Shown here piece by piece: positions 18,256 through 27,579 of a stretch of DNA of 64,000 bases. Positions within the stretch are counted from its first letter, which is position 1; each line of letters opens with the position of its first letter. The position numbers and the translations under genes are program-made. The notes under the pieces were generated by a model that saw only the letters and a list, made by a program, of their open reading frames with translations, was not told where the DNA came from and ran no database searches. Source of the stretch: a virus. Lineage: Duplodnaviria > Caudoviricetes. The stretch is from the IMG/VR virus record IMGVR_UViG_3300009111_000005, positions 1-64,000 of that record; one strand, written 5' to 3'.

Positions 18256-18621
18256 ATGCCCCGTGGAAAGAAATCTACACCCACCAAATCACCTTCCGCG
18301 TCCTTTCTCGGTGACGATCCTGTCTTCGAGGAGGACGACGAAGTAGAAACACCTGTTCCCGTGGAAAAGCCGGCGCCTGTTGTGCGCGCTGTGCCGCCTC
18401 CGTTGCCGCCTTCGCCACCTGTGCCCACGTGGGACGTGCCTGTGCGTGTCCACGAGGTGGATCATCCTCTTCTCAACAAGCCGATGGTGCTCTTCAGCAA
18501 TGCGCAGTATGCCGCGCTTCTCGACTACCTCGTGGAGTCGCGGGCAGGTCTTCCGCACGAGAAGCAACGTGCGTTCGATGAAGGGCACATGGGGCAGATC
18601 ATGAAGAACCTGCGGGGATGA
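18256..18621 (+). CDS. hypothetical protein (Pro-rich linker)
   Basis: GGAGG RBS. Confidence 0.6.
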   Translation: MPRGKKSTPTKSPSASFLGDDPVFEEDDEVETPVPVEKPAPVVRAVPPPLPPSPPVPTWDVPVRVHEVDHPLLNKPMVLFSNAQYAALLDYLVESRAGLPHEKQRAFDEGHMGQIMKNLRG

Positions 18622-18627
18622 GTCATC

Positions 18628-18816
18628 ATGCGGGTGAAGAAGGACATCACGAAGGTGAAATCTTTGCCTTTGAACGATGACCCTCGGCGGATGACGCTCG
18701 AGGACCTCGCGGACATGAACGAGTTGCTCAACCGCATCGAAAAAGAAACGCACCCCCAGACAACGAACGAGGTCGGCGACTGGGACGACTACCCGGACAT
18801 TCGTTACGACCGGTGA
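18628..18816 (+). CDS. hypothetical protein
   Basis: tiles. Confidence 0.5.
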   Translation: MRVKKDITKVKSLPLNDDPRRMTLEDLADMNELLNRIEKETHPQTTNEVGDWDDYPDIRYDR

Positions 18817-18824
18817 GGAGTTGC

Positions 18825-19031
18825 ATGCGCTACAAATTCGAAGTCATCATGGACTTTCCTGCTGAGGTGAGTTCGAACGATGCGCAAGAGTACGTGGAGT
18901 CTGCGCTCAAGAGCGAGATGGGCTCGCACGTCGCGTTCAGCGATGACCCGGAGACGGATGAAGAGGTCTTCGATCCCATCACAGCCATCGACCGAGACAG
19001 CATCAAGGTCACCATCGTGGAGATTCGGTGA
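18825..19031 (+). CDS. hypothetical protein
   Basis: GAGGAG RBS. Confidence 0.55.
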   Translation: MRYKFEVIMDFPAEVSSNDAQEYVESALKSEMGSHVAFSDDPETDEEVFDPITAIDRDSIKVTIVEIR

Positions 19032-19720
19032 TGCCACTCATCAAGCAGCGTTGGAAGGCGCAACACAACTGTACAGTCATCGAGAAGTTCTACTACACCG
19101 ATGATGGGCACTGGCACGCTTACGTAGATGTCGTGCAGAAGCAGCACCCGAAAGCAGATGTGCACGAAGGTCGCATCATGCTCTGTCGTGACCGTGAAGG
19201 GAAATTCTTTGTCGATTGGTCGACGAGAAACATGCTCGAGATCAAAAGTGAGCTTCTTGGCCAAGTGCGTGAGTCGCTCAAGGACTATCTCGACAGCGTA
19301 CGCACCAAGACGATGGTCTCAGACATGGAGAGCTGGACGCCGATCATCGCCTGGACGTACGAACGTGCGACCAAAGGTCTTGTTCTCACGGACGACAACG
19401 ATAAGGTCGTGCGCTTTGCGCGCTGGGATGACGCGAAGAAGCAGTATGTGCCTGTCGAGAGGCACTCCTACGAGATCTCAGTGTTGAAGCGTGAACCCTA
19501 CGGCGATGAACGCTGGAAGCAGATTCAGGCTGACCAGAAAACCCAAGAAGCGTACGCACAGGCGCACACTGAGTTCGAGCGCGCTCTGGGACACTTCCAT
19601 CTTCAAGACCATAACTTGACGTGGCTGAAGGTGCTGACTGCCATGCGCAACACGTACAAGCAGTGCGCCAAGACGCTTCTTGCCGCCGCAGGGAAGCGTA
19701 AAAATGACATACCTATGTGA
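19031..19720 (+). CDS. hypothetical protein
   Basis: TGATG overlap. Confidence 0.65.
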   Translation: MPLIKQRWKAQHNCTVIEKFYYTDDGHWHAYVDVVQKQHPKADVHEGRIMLCRDREGKFFVDWSTRNMLEIKSELLGQVRESLKDYLDSVRTKTMVSDMESWTPIIAWTYERATKGLVLTDDNDKVVRFARWDDAKKQYVPVERHSYEISVLKREPYGDERWKQIQADQKTQEAYAQAHTEFERALGHFHLQDHNLTWLKVLTAMRNTYKQCAKTLLAAAGKRKNDIPM

Positions 19721-19886
19721 TTCGGATGAGCACTTCGAGCGCTGGCTCGAGTCCGAGAAGCAAGCGGGCCGTATCACACGATGGAAGAAGCTCTGGGAGG
19801 GCTACTACATCGTGGAGCACGTACTTCCCAACTACAACGAACAATTCGCGAGAGCAGCGGGGTATTTCGAATGGCCCTTCTCATAA
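19704..19886 (+). CDS. hypothetical protein
   Basis: tiles. Confidence 0.5.
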   Translation: MTYLCDSDEHFERWLESEKQAGRITRWKKLWEGYYIVEHVLPNYNEQFARAAGYFEWPFS

Positions 19887-20158
19887 AGGTCGATGGAACA
19901 CGTCAAGAAGTCAAAGGCAGCAAGCCCAATGGTGGGCTGACCTGGGACGAGATTCGTGCGCTTCTTCAGTGCCAGATGCTTCAACCGGTCACATGCGACT
20001 CGAAGGTCACGGGCGGCTACACGCTCTTCTACTGTGACGAGGAAGGCAAGCTTCAGGGCAAGCCGGTGAATCACGCCGCGACCAAACTCTCGACGCATAC
20101 GATGGTTGGTGACTACCTCGTCGGAGATGTGCTGTTCTGCAAGCGCGGGGACAAGTAG
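19871..20158 (+). CDS. DUF3846-like protein
   Basis: YCDEEGKLQGKPVNHAAT...LVGDVLF. Confidence 0.7.
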   Translation: MALLIKVDGTRQEVKGSKPNGGLTWDEIRALLQCQMLQPVTCDSKVTGGYTLFYCDEEGKLQGKPVNHAATKLSTHTMVGDYLVGDVLFCKRGDK

Positions 20159-20692
20159 ATGGACAAGAAGGTTGTGGTGTCCACAGACCAGGCGCTCAGC
20201 AAGGAGATCGTGCTTCAGCTCGCCATCGCTACGCTCTATCGTGCACGCATCGTGAAGAGTGCAGCAGATGCGTTCATCAAATCCGAAGACTTCTCCCGTG
20301 AGACGCTGGCCGAAGATGCGGAACTCGCATTCACTGAACTCGACGATGTGTGGAAGGCACTGCCGCTGGTCGAAAAGTGCTTGCGCATGGAGATACCGCA
20401 CATCTTTAACGAGATGCAGGATCGTCTCGATGAGCAGTTCCGTCTCGGGAAGATTGCGGGTCTGGAGCACGCTACGAAGCTCGTCATGGAAGAGGCTTTG
20501 CAGGTCTTCATGCGTGGGGGCAAGGATTCGAATGCAGTAGCGCTGCGCGAAGCAGCGAGTCACCTTCAAGAGCTGCTCGATGCGTGGCGAACAGCGCTGG
20601 GCCTGCACTGGAACACGGAGTTGGCAGAGAGCATCGAGGAGACAGAAGCGCGACTCGCGGGCAAAGAAAAGGGCGATACGCATGATGACTGA
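20159..20692 (+). CDS. helical hypothetical protein
   Basis: abuts upstream stop. Confidence 0.6.
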   Translation: MDKKVVVSTDQALSKEIVLQLAIATLYRARIVKSAADAFIKSEDFSRETLAEDAELAFTELDDVWKALPLVEKCLRMEIPHIFNEMQDRLDEQFRLGKIAGLEHATKLVMEEALQVFMRGGKDSNAVALREAASHLQELLDAWRTALGLHWNTELAESIEETEARLAGKEKGDTHDD

Positions 20693-20966
20693 GCAGGAAT
20701 ATCCTGTGCGTCCCTGCGTCGGCTGTGGTTTCTGTTGCAAGAAAGCGCCCTGTGCGCTCGGGTACACGCACTTTGGACACGAGATACCCTGTCCTGCGCT
20801 CGTCGAGCAGGGTGGCCGTTACTGGTGCAAGTTCGTGCTCGAAACGCCCGTCATCTATCTTGCACAGCTGAAGGACAACCTCGCCATCGGTGCAGGATGT
20901 TCGTCGAGTTTGAACTCAGATAGACAGGCGATCATTCGTAAGCAGCGGGAGGAGCAGCAACGATGA
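20682..20966 (+). CDS. YkgJ-like cysteine-cluster protein
   Basis: CVGCGFCC...CPAL...YWC. Confidence 0.6.
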   Translation: MMTEQEYPVRPCVGCGFCCKKAPCALGYTHFGHEIPCPALVEQGGRYWCKFVLETPVIYLAQLKDNLAIGAGCSSSLNSDRQAIIRKQREEQQR

Positions 20967-21160
20967 CGCTCAAGAAGATCAAAGAGGGGCACTGGTACGA
21001 GACCAAAGCAGGCATCGGCAAGGTGGAACGTGTGGGCGGGTGCTTTCCGGTTTCGTGTCGCATCAACATCGTGGGGCCGTATCCTCGGGGTATCTGCAAC
21101 GTGGTGCCTCGGGACTTCATCCGAGAGATCGATGCTCCGGAAGGCTACGAGGAGACGTAG
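20963..21160 (+). CDS. hypothetical protein
   Basis: ATGA overlap. Confidence 0.55.
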   Translation: MTLKKIKEGHWYETKAGIGKVERVGGCFPVSCRINIVGPYPRGICNVVPRDFIREIDAPEGYEET

Positions 21161-21391
21161 ATGGCTCACGGTTCAAAGCGTCTCTTCTTCGTCATGCTTG
21201 AGAACCACACCGATGTGCGTGACAACGACTGCTTGAAGATTCGTGCCAAGACCAAGCCTGAAGCCAAGCGCATCGCCGAGGCGCACTGCCGCAGCAACTT
21301 CTCAGTGGGCACGGTCTTCACGCGCAAGGGACTCAAGCGATACGACCCAGAGTGGCATGCACTACTTTGGGGCTTGCCGCCCATCAGCTAG
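21161..21391 (+). CDS. hypothetical protein
   Basis: AGGAG RBS. Confidence 0.55.
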   Translation: MAHGSKRLFFVMLENHTDVRDNDCLKIRAKTKPEAKRIAEAHCRSNFSVGTVFTRKGLKRYDPEWHALLWGLPPIS

Positions 21392-21426
21392 GTATGTTTA
21401 TCTAGCAAACATCACCGGAGTTCATC

Positions 21427-21792
21427 ATGCCGCGCATGCCGACGTTCAAGCAGAAGTTCTACCTGTCGTCAGATGACCACCCCAAAGCAACGAGCATCAA
21501 GAGCGCCGAGGTGAAGGACTTCCTTCGGTGTGCGTACGCGGTTGCGCTGCGAGAAGGCAACGTTCGGCGCGATTCGTACTGGTATGAGGACGAGCGTGTG
21601 ACCATCGAGATGAATCGCACCGAAGGTTCGATGGAGATCACGTGGAAAGGCACCGACCGTCGCAAGTATGGGCTCGAGGGTGGTGACAATCCCGTGGTGA
21701 TGGTGGTCAAAGGATGGGTGCTCATTCGCCGACATGGCGAGACCAACCTCATCCAGGACCACATCATCGATCTTGGAAGGATTAGGCCGTGA
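21427..21792 (+). CDS. hypothetical protein
   Basis: GGAG RBS. Confidence 0.6.
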   Translation: MPRMPTFKQKFYLSSDDHPKATSIKSAEVKDFLRCAYAVALREGNVRRDSYWYEDERVTIEMNRTEGSMEITWKGTDRRKYGLEGGDNPVVMVVKGWVLIRRHGETNLIQDHIIDLGRIRP

Positions 21793-21964
21793 GCATTGGC
21801 GACCGTCTTCGTGCAGATCGCAAACGCAAACGGGACAAGAAGCGTCGCAACTGGCCTACGAAGCGTTTTGCGGATGGGAGTCTGTGGCGCCTTTACCCTG
21901 ATACCTACGAGCCCTGTGAACAGCTCGAGCCGCCTGACCCGGCCAAAGGTTGGAAGGAGCCGAT

Positions 21965-22555
21965 GTGAGCTACAAAGCAGTGTCACACCTCGAGCATGCA
22001 GATTATCTCGAGGTAGCGACGTACCGAAAGAATCGAGACACGCGTGAGCCCATCGACAGCATCACTGTCGAATGCACGAAGTGTGGTGAAGTCGTCGAAG
22101 AGATTTACAATGCGGACGAGGACAATACACCACCACTCGATTGCGAGTTCCCGGAGCCCGATCGCCGTACCTGGGAAGAAGGCGTCAAGGATGCGGCGCG
22201 CATCGTTCAGAACGAGATGCGCCACAAGAAAGCGATAGACCATCCGAACACACGTGTGCATCCTGCGGTCTTCGAGACGCTCAACGAGGTGGAGCTGCAT
22301 CTGGCAGCGATGCTGAGCAGGGGCAGCTACGAGAGCCATGACACAGTGATGCAGGGGGAGAACCCGCGGTGGCTCAACAACGAAGTGCAATTCGCGCGGC
22401 TGCTCTGTGAATTGATTGCAACGCAAGACCGAATCGACTACCAAGCACTATCTGCGTCGATGAACCTCTCAGCTATCGATGTGGATGAACTCTTCAGTCG
22501 TGCACACGAAGTGTGGGAGAAAGCGAAGGCATCTGCGTGCCCCCCAAAACCGTAA
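21965..22555 (+). CDS. hypothetical protein
   Basis: AAGGAG RBS before GTG 21965. Confidence 0.6.
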   Translation: MSYKAVSHLEHADYLEVATYRKNRDTREPIDSITVECTKCGEVVEEIYNADEDNTPPLDCEFPEPDRRTWEEGVKDAARIVQNEMRHKKAIDHPNTRVHPAVFETLNEVELHLAAMLSRGSYESHDTVMQGENPRWLNNEVQFARLLCELIATQDRIDYQALSASMNLSAIDVDELFSRAHEVWEKAKASACPPKP

Positions 22556-23229
22556 CCTGCGTTCTCTGTGGCAAGACCGTGCTCAAGGCGCACACGTACG
22601 CGTGGGATGGGGGACAGCGTGCGTGTAGAGAGCATCCGATGGCGCAAGCGCGTGCGGCTGCCGAAGAGAAGAACGACAAGGAACGACGCGCGCAAGAGGT
22701 AGTGGCGAGCCAAGCAGCGCTCGATGCGAAGATGCGACGTGCATTCCGTCCTGACTTCACCGCGCGCATGGAGCAGGGGATAAGGGACGCGGCAGAGTTC
22801 CGTGAGCGGATGTACACGCACTGCTGGACGTGCAGCCAGGAGGGCATCACGCTTCGCGAGTACTTCGCACAGTGCCTCATCACTCACAAGCGTCTCCAGC
22901 TTCGTGGCGAATGGAACTTCCTGACGCTCCCCCACGACATGGCAGAACTGATGGGACATCCGCGCGTGCTGGCGTGCATCCCATACGATGAACAGAAGGA
23001 CCGTACCATCTATCGCGCCATCACCAATCGGTCCATCAAGGACATTCTCCATCTTCTGCGGTTCGTGAACATGTGCGTCGAGTGCATCGATAAGCATGGG
23101 GTGCGGGATCGTTTCGAAGCGCTGATGCCGAAGCCCACGTGGGAGCAACTCGAGGCGATCATGCCCGCAGTGATGGCGATTGACCCGTTGCTCGAGGCGA
23201 TGGCAGAGAAGAAGGAGCAAGAGAACTGA
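22513..23229 (+). CDS. Zn-finger-containing hypothetical protein
   Basis: CVLC...C..H; CWTC; CVEC. Confidence 0.6.
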   Translation: MGESEGICVPPKTVTCVLCGKTVLKAHTYAWDGGQRACREHPMAQARAAAEEKNDKERRAQEVVASQAALDAKMRRAFRPDFTARMEQGIRDAAEFRERMYTHCWTCSQEGITLREYFAQCLITHKRLQLRGEWNFLTLPHDMAELMGHPRVLACIPYDEQKDRTIYRAITNRSIKDILHLLRFVNMCVECIDKHGVRDRFEALMPKPTWEQLEAIMPAVMAIDPLLEAMAEKKEQEN

Positions 23230-23492
23230 TGGCGTCGAGAACACGACGGAAACGTATCGTTTGGTTCGCGAAGGGTGGAGGCATTGCCAAGTGCGGACCG
23301 TTCGATACGCAGATCGAAGCGACCAACGCAATGCGCCTCGTGAAGAACGACTCACGCACGCGCATCGCCTACGACTTTCGCAAGGGCGGGGCACACGTGG
23401 GACTCGTGCATGAACTTGAACAAAACGCAGAGTTCCCTCCTGATGTGTTCGTGTGGCCCGAAGAAGCGAAGGAGAGCAAACATGCCCGATGA
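23229..23492 (+). CDS. hypothetical protein
   Basis: TGATG overlap. Confidence 0.55.
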   Translation: MASRTRRKRIVWFAKGGGIAKCGPFDTQIEATNAMRLVKNDSRTRIAYDFRKGGAHVGLVHELEQNAEFPPDVFVWPEEAKESKHAR

Positions 23493-23931
23493 GAAGTACG
23501 GCTGGTCTCGTCGTCACGAAGAGTGCGCGCACGGTCCGTTCGATTCGCCTGAGCTGGCGCTCGAGGACGCGGCTGATAATCTTCGAGACGAGGATGGTGA
23601 AGATCGCATCGTGGAAATCGAACTCGGTCGATGCGACTTCATTCAGCCCATAAGCTACGTCAACGCGGACATCGATAGCGTCATCGACGCTATGGAAGAC
23701 CGCGTGCACGACGATGTGGGCATCTTTTACGACGACGCGGTCTTCTCACTGAAGACGCCCGTAGACGTAGCCGAGAAAGCGCTCGAAGAGGCCCTCGAGA
23801 AGTGGGCCGAAGAACACGTGAAGGCTGAAGAAGTGTGGATGCTCATGTCCACGAGAACCGTTCGCTTGCACACACGCACAGGAGTCGTGGATGGCTATCA
23901 AGGCAACGTGCCCAACGAACCCGGAGCATAA
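23482..23931 (+). CDS. hypothetical protein
   Basis: AAGGAG RBS. Confidence 0.6.
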   Translation: MPDEKYGWSRRHEECAHGPFDSPELALEDAADNLRDEDGEDRIVEIELGRCDFIQPISYVNADIDSVIDAMEDRVHDDVGIFYDDAVFSLKTPVDVAEKALEEALEKWAEEHVKAEEVWMLMSTRTVRLHTRTGVVDGYQGNVPNEPGA

Positions 23932-24100
23932 GCGCTTCATCACGACAGCGCATGTGATGGAGGAATGGATAGTAGACGAGCGCGGCAACTTCATCGATCT
24001 CATTCGCGCGCTCGAGACCGTGCACAGCCCCAGTGAAGGCAACACGTGGGTGTGCAAGGAGTGCGGCGCTGACGCCAAGCTCGAGAGAGTTCCTCGGTGA
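23891..24100 (+). CDS. small Zn-ribbon protein
   Basis: CP...H; CKEC. Confidence 0.55.
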   Translation: MAIKATCPTNPEHKRFITTAHVMEEWIVDERGNFIDLIRALETVHSPSEGNTWVCKECGADAKLERVPR

Positions 24101-24822
24101 ACATTCAGGTCACAACGCGCTGTAACATGCGCTGCATCCATTGCTGCTTCGATTGCACGGCCAAGGGCGACGACATGCCTTGGGACTTGTTCGTGCATGC
24201 AGTCGACCTAGCGCATCGTGCGAATGACGACATCTGCATCGGAGGGGGAGAACCAACTCTTCATCCTCGCATCGTGCAGATGGTGCAGCACGCTGTTTCG
24301 GTTCGTGGTTTGTCCATTCGCGGCTACGACCACGTCATGATCATCACCAATGGGACGTGTTCGAGGCGCACCTGGAGGAAGCTCATCGAGATTCCACACG
24401 TCGATATCTCGGTGTCCAACGACATCTTCCACAATCCTCGTCGCGTGCAGCCGTGGGTGCGTCGTTGGGCCGATGAGCATCATGCGTGGTGGAATCAAGA
24501 CGACTTCTACCAGATTGACATGATTGGCCGGGCGGCGCGGAACAAGCGTGCGATGAAGAAAGTAGCCCGCAAGCACAACGTCGACATCGAGTTCGACGCG
24601 TGGACCTGTCCTGAAGTACGGGTGACGCCGACGGGACAGTTGTTCGCTGAGCGCTACGACGTTCTTGATTGTGGACCATTCAGTCTCGCTGCACTGATAC
24701 ATGGGTACCACCACATTGACCGGAAGGACCTTGCGCAAACGCTGGAACTCTACGAGGAGAGGTGGCGCTATGCCTCAACAAGAAAAGACCGGACTGCCGA
24801 CATTGGCTGCTGCGCTGGGTAA
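24097..24822 (+). CDS. radical SAM protein
   Basis: CNMRCIHC (CxxxCxxC), GGGEPTLHP, ITNG. Confidence 0.85.
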   Translation: MNIQVTTRCNMRCIHCCFDCTAKGDDMPWDLFVHAVDLAHRANDDICIGGGEPTLHPRIVQMVQHAVSVRGLSIRGYDHVMIITNGTCSRRTWRKLIEIPHVDISVSNDIFHNPRRVQPWVRRWADEHHAWWNQDDFYQIDMIGRAARNKRAMKKVARKHNVDIEFDAWTCPEVRVTPTGQLFAERYDVLDCGPFSLAALIHGYHHIDRKDLAQTLELYEERWRYASTRKDRTADIGCCAG

Positions 24823-24991
24823 ACCCGACGAATGTCCCGCATGCGGTCAGAACTGGCGTGAGCGCAGTTGTTCGCATCAGGCGATGTACGCGGAAGACCT
24901 CTCCGTTCCAACGCAGGCACGCATCTACCGGCAACTGTGTGCGCTCGATAGGGCGCAGAAGAAAGAAAGCGATGCCGAATCGTCTGGGTGA
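24770..24991 (+). CDS. small Cys-containing protein
   Basis: GAGG RBS; CPAC. Confidence 0.5.
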   Translation: MPQQEKTGLPTLAAALGKPDECPACGQNWRERSCSHQAMYAEDLSVPTQARIYRQLCALDRAQKKESDAESSG

Positions 24992-25199
24992 ACAGCTCGA
25001 CCGAGCCCGCTGGGTTCGCTACGACGCTGAACGCGATCTGTTGCTCGTCTGGAAGGGCGGGCATGGGATTCACGTGCTCAACATGGAAGGTGTCGAGGTA
25101 TCGTTCTGGAGCACAGGCAACTTCCAACTCAGCGATGCTGATGAGGATGTCGTCTGGGCTTCGATGGAGCAGCGGATGCTTGCAGGAGATTATCCGTAG
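24972..25199 (+). CDS. hypothetical protein
   Basis: tiles. Confidence 0.55.
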   Translation: MPNRLGEQLDRARWVRYDAERDLLLVWKGGHGIHVLNMEGVEVSFWSTGNFQLSDADEDVVWASMEQRMLAGDYP

Positions 25200-25200
25200 C

Positions 25201-25227
25201 GAAAGTGCCTTCTTTTTGGGGTACAAG
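25201..25227 (+). promoter_or_regulatory. putative phage promoter GAAAG-N14-GGTACAAG
   Basis: motif copy. Confidence 0.55.
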
Positions 25228-25269
25228 CTTGTGTAGTACCGTTTCATTAACCCCGTCCAGGAGGCCACC

Positions 25270-25494
25270 ATGGAGCGTTTCCAGCGCGCCATCGAAGTTG
25301 GCAAGCTTCGCATTCTGGTTCAGAACCATCCCGACCTGCGCGGGAAGGTTCTTTGGACCGGATGGTGCGAGCACTGCCAGCGGCGCATCGTGGAGACCAT
25401 CGAGCAGGCGGTGGCGCGCATGGAGACGGCGCAGCCGCAGCAGTTCTGCTCGGTGCCCACGCGGTGCGAGGCGTGTCTCGCGAACGTCAACTAA
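25270..25494 (+). CDS. small Zn-finger protein
   Basis: AGGAGG RBS; CEHC, CEAC. Confidence 0.6.
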   Translation: MERFQRAIEVGKLRILVQNHPDLRGKVLWTGWCEHCQRRIVETIEQAVARMETAQPQQFCSVPTRCEACLANVN

Positions 25495-25553
25495 GTTTCC
25501 TCTGCCCACGGGCAGAGCGCAGCGCATACGAGGTGTGTCGCTGCTTTTTAGTC

Positions 25554-25580
25554 AAAAATAGGGTTCTTTGCAGGTACAAG
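25554..25580 (+). promoter_or_regulatory. putative phage promoter AAAAA-N14-GGTACAAG
   Basis: motif copy. Confidence 0.65.
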
Positions 25581-25616
25581 AATATGTTCCAAAAACCCAC
25601 GCAAGGAGACCCTCCT

Positions 25617-25910
25617 ATGACGAAGAAGCAGGAAGTGTTGGCGACGATGATCGGCGGCGCTCTCGGCGGTCTCGTGGTGGCCCTGACGAAGCCGGTGCGT
25701 CCGGTGGTGGTCGTCAAGCGCTACGAGGTCACCACGGAGACCGAGGAGCCGAACATGACGAAGGTGACCGCGCTCCAGACGGAGCGGGCCCTCCTCGAGC
25801 TGCGGCTCGCGGGGCTTACCGAGGACACGTTCAGCGACCGCTTCGACCGGATGCAGCTCCAGCGGCGCATCAACGACCTCGACCGGCAGATTCGCCGTGA
25901 GCTGTACTAA
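25617..25910 (+). CDS. small protein with N-terminal TM/glycine-rich segment and coiled coil
   Basis: AAGGAG RBS; MIGGALGGLVVAL; strong GC3 bias. Confidence 0.7.
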   Translation: MTKKQEVLATMIGGALGGLVVALTKPVRPVVVVKRYEVTTETEEPNMTKVTALQTERALLELRLAGLTEDTFSDRFDRMQLQRRINDLDRQIRRELY

Positions 25911-26127
25911 CCTCTTTCCTCTGCCTGCATGGGCAGAGCGCAGCCGCACAGCGTGTGCGCGCTGCTTTTTAGGAGTTACTTTGACTGAGGGTCTTACTGT
26001 TCTCGGCGTGATGCTCGTTGTGTTCCTTCTTGGCTTCTCGTTCGGCTTCGTGTGGGCCCGTCACAAGTATCGCAAGCCGCCACCGATGCGCCTCGAGTTT
26101 GCGGACAAGTTGCGTCGGCAGTTGTGA
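25897..26127 (+). CDS. small membrane protein
   Basis: hydrophobic LTVLGVMLVVFLLGFSFGFVW. Confidence 0.5.
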   Translation: MSCTNLFPLPAWAERSRTACARCFLGVTLTEGLTVLGVMLVVFLLGFSFGFVWARHKYRKPPPMRLEFADKLRRQL

Positions 26128-26537
26128 TGGACACCTACGAGGTTGACCCCACCAACCCGTTCATAGTTCCTGCACTTGCGTTGTCAGGGCGCTTGAAGGA
26201 CCACAAGACACCGTGCGAAGAGTGCAACGGAACAGGTTGCTCCGAACATGGCTACGAGGAGGCGTGCAAGGAGTGCGATGGGTTCGATCACGCATGTGAC
26301 CAAAGTGCTGAGTGTTCCTACTGTGACCAGGGCGAGGTCTTCTGGGGCTCCTGGTACGCCACCGAGAAGGTACTTTGCCACTGGTGCGACACGCATGATG
26401 CCTGGTGCGCAGAGATGTACGAGTGCAATGACGACGATCGCAACTGGATCTGTCTGCCATGCTACATCAAGCATCACAAGGAAAGATGTGGTTGCGGACG
26501 CTGGAAGAAGTACGAGAGGATGCTTGGGATTCACTGA
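26127..26537 (+). CDS. Cys-rich multi-Zn-finger protein
   Basis: CEECNGTG and several further CxxC. Confidence 0.6.
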   Translation: MDTYEVDPTNPFIVPALALSGRLKDHKTPCEECNGTGCSEHGYEEACKECDGFDHACDQSAECSYCDQGEVFWGSWYATEKVLCHWCDTHDAWCAEMYECNDDDRNWICLPCYIKHHKERCGCGRWKKYERMLGIH

Positions 26538-26817
26538 AAGCGAGGCCACCTTGGGGTACCCGCATCGCAACGTAGAAGAGGCACTCGTGTGGTTGACGGA
26601 CTGCCACATCGCAACCTACGCTTACCTGGCTGGCATGAAGAAGACTGCAAAGTGCGAGCTTCGGCGTCAACGGGACATCTGCCGGAACGCAGAAGCAACG
26701 TGTCGTCAGTTCGGGGTGTCAGCTGACGCAACAGCGCGTCTGCGTGAACGCCGCATGCAAGCCAAGCGTATCGAACTCGAAATTCATGGAACCGCTGCCA
26801 CGGAGAAAGAGGACTGA
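26524..26817 (+). CDS. hypothetical protein
   Basis: GAGAGGA before TTG; start uncertain. Confidence 0.45.
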   Translation: MGFTESEATLGYPHRNVEEALVWLTDCHIATYAYLAGMKKTAKCELRRQRDICRNAEATCRQFGVSADATARLRERRMQAKRIELEIHGTAATEKED

Positions 26818-26818
26818 G

Positions 26819-27064
26819 ATGTTCGAGAGTCTGCGTCTGGAAGAGCCGAAGCCGCGTCGCAAAGCCAAAGACGAGGATGAGATCCTTGTCGATGGACCCG
26901 AGGACGAAGAAGACCTCGATGAAGAAGACCTCGACGATGAGGACCTCGACGATGAGGAGGACCTGGAAGCAGACCTCATCGACGATGACTTCGATGCTGA
27001 CGAGGATCTCGAAGACGACGAAGATGATGACGAGCTGGACGACGAAACCGAGTTGGACGACTAG
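26819..27064 (+). CDS. extremely acidic small protein
   Basis: C-terminal two-thirds almost all D/E. Confidence 0.65.
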   Translation: MFESLRLEEPKPRRKAKDEDEILVDGPEDEEDLDEEDLDDEDLDDEEDLEADLIDDDFDADEDLEDDEDDDELDDETELDD

Positions 27065-27175
27065 GCTGGGTCAGCGCCTCGATTACCATGTGCTTCAGCC
27101 GCTGTTTGCGATGCTGATCGTTCCTCCGTTTTTGGTCTACGAGTGGTGGACTTCTTTACGGAGTAAAGCGAAGCG

Positions 27176-27565
27176 CTAGACGGGCGCCCAGTTCACTTGC
27201 ATGTTGGTGATCATCTCCACGGCATTCGGAATCTGTTGCTGGGTCGTGCGCAACACTTCAGTGAGTGTGCCGAGAGGACCAAAGGGAAAGACCAGGGCAT
27301 TGATCACGCGCTGTCGAACATAGCGTTTCTGACCCAGGCCCCAGTCATAGGTGTCCATCACCGACCAGCTCAAACCAGAAAAATGAGCCAACGTCATGTT
27401 GGGGATGAACAACTCGTAGTCGAGGATGGGGATGGTTTGACCACCCACGGTGAGCGTGGCCAACGCGTTGAAGATGATTCCGTTCCCGATGGCATAACCG
27501 CGATACGTGCGTGTTTGCCCACCAGGAAGGCTTTCGGTGAGAAACGTCGTGTACGTGATGGACAT
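27176..27565 (-). CDS. hypothetical protein
   Basis: isolated minus-strand ORF filling a gap. Confidence 0.55.
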   Translation of the reverse strand: MSITYTTFLTESLPGGQTRTYRGYAIGNGIIFNALATLTVGGQTIPILDYELFIPNMTLAHFSGLSWSVMDTYDWGLGQKRYVRQRVINALVFPFGPLGTLTEVLRTTQQQIPNAVEMITNMQVNWAPV

Positions 27566-27579
27566 GGAAGGACTCTAAC

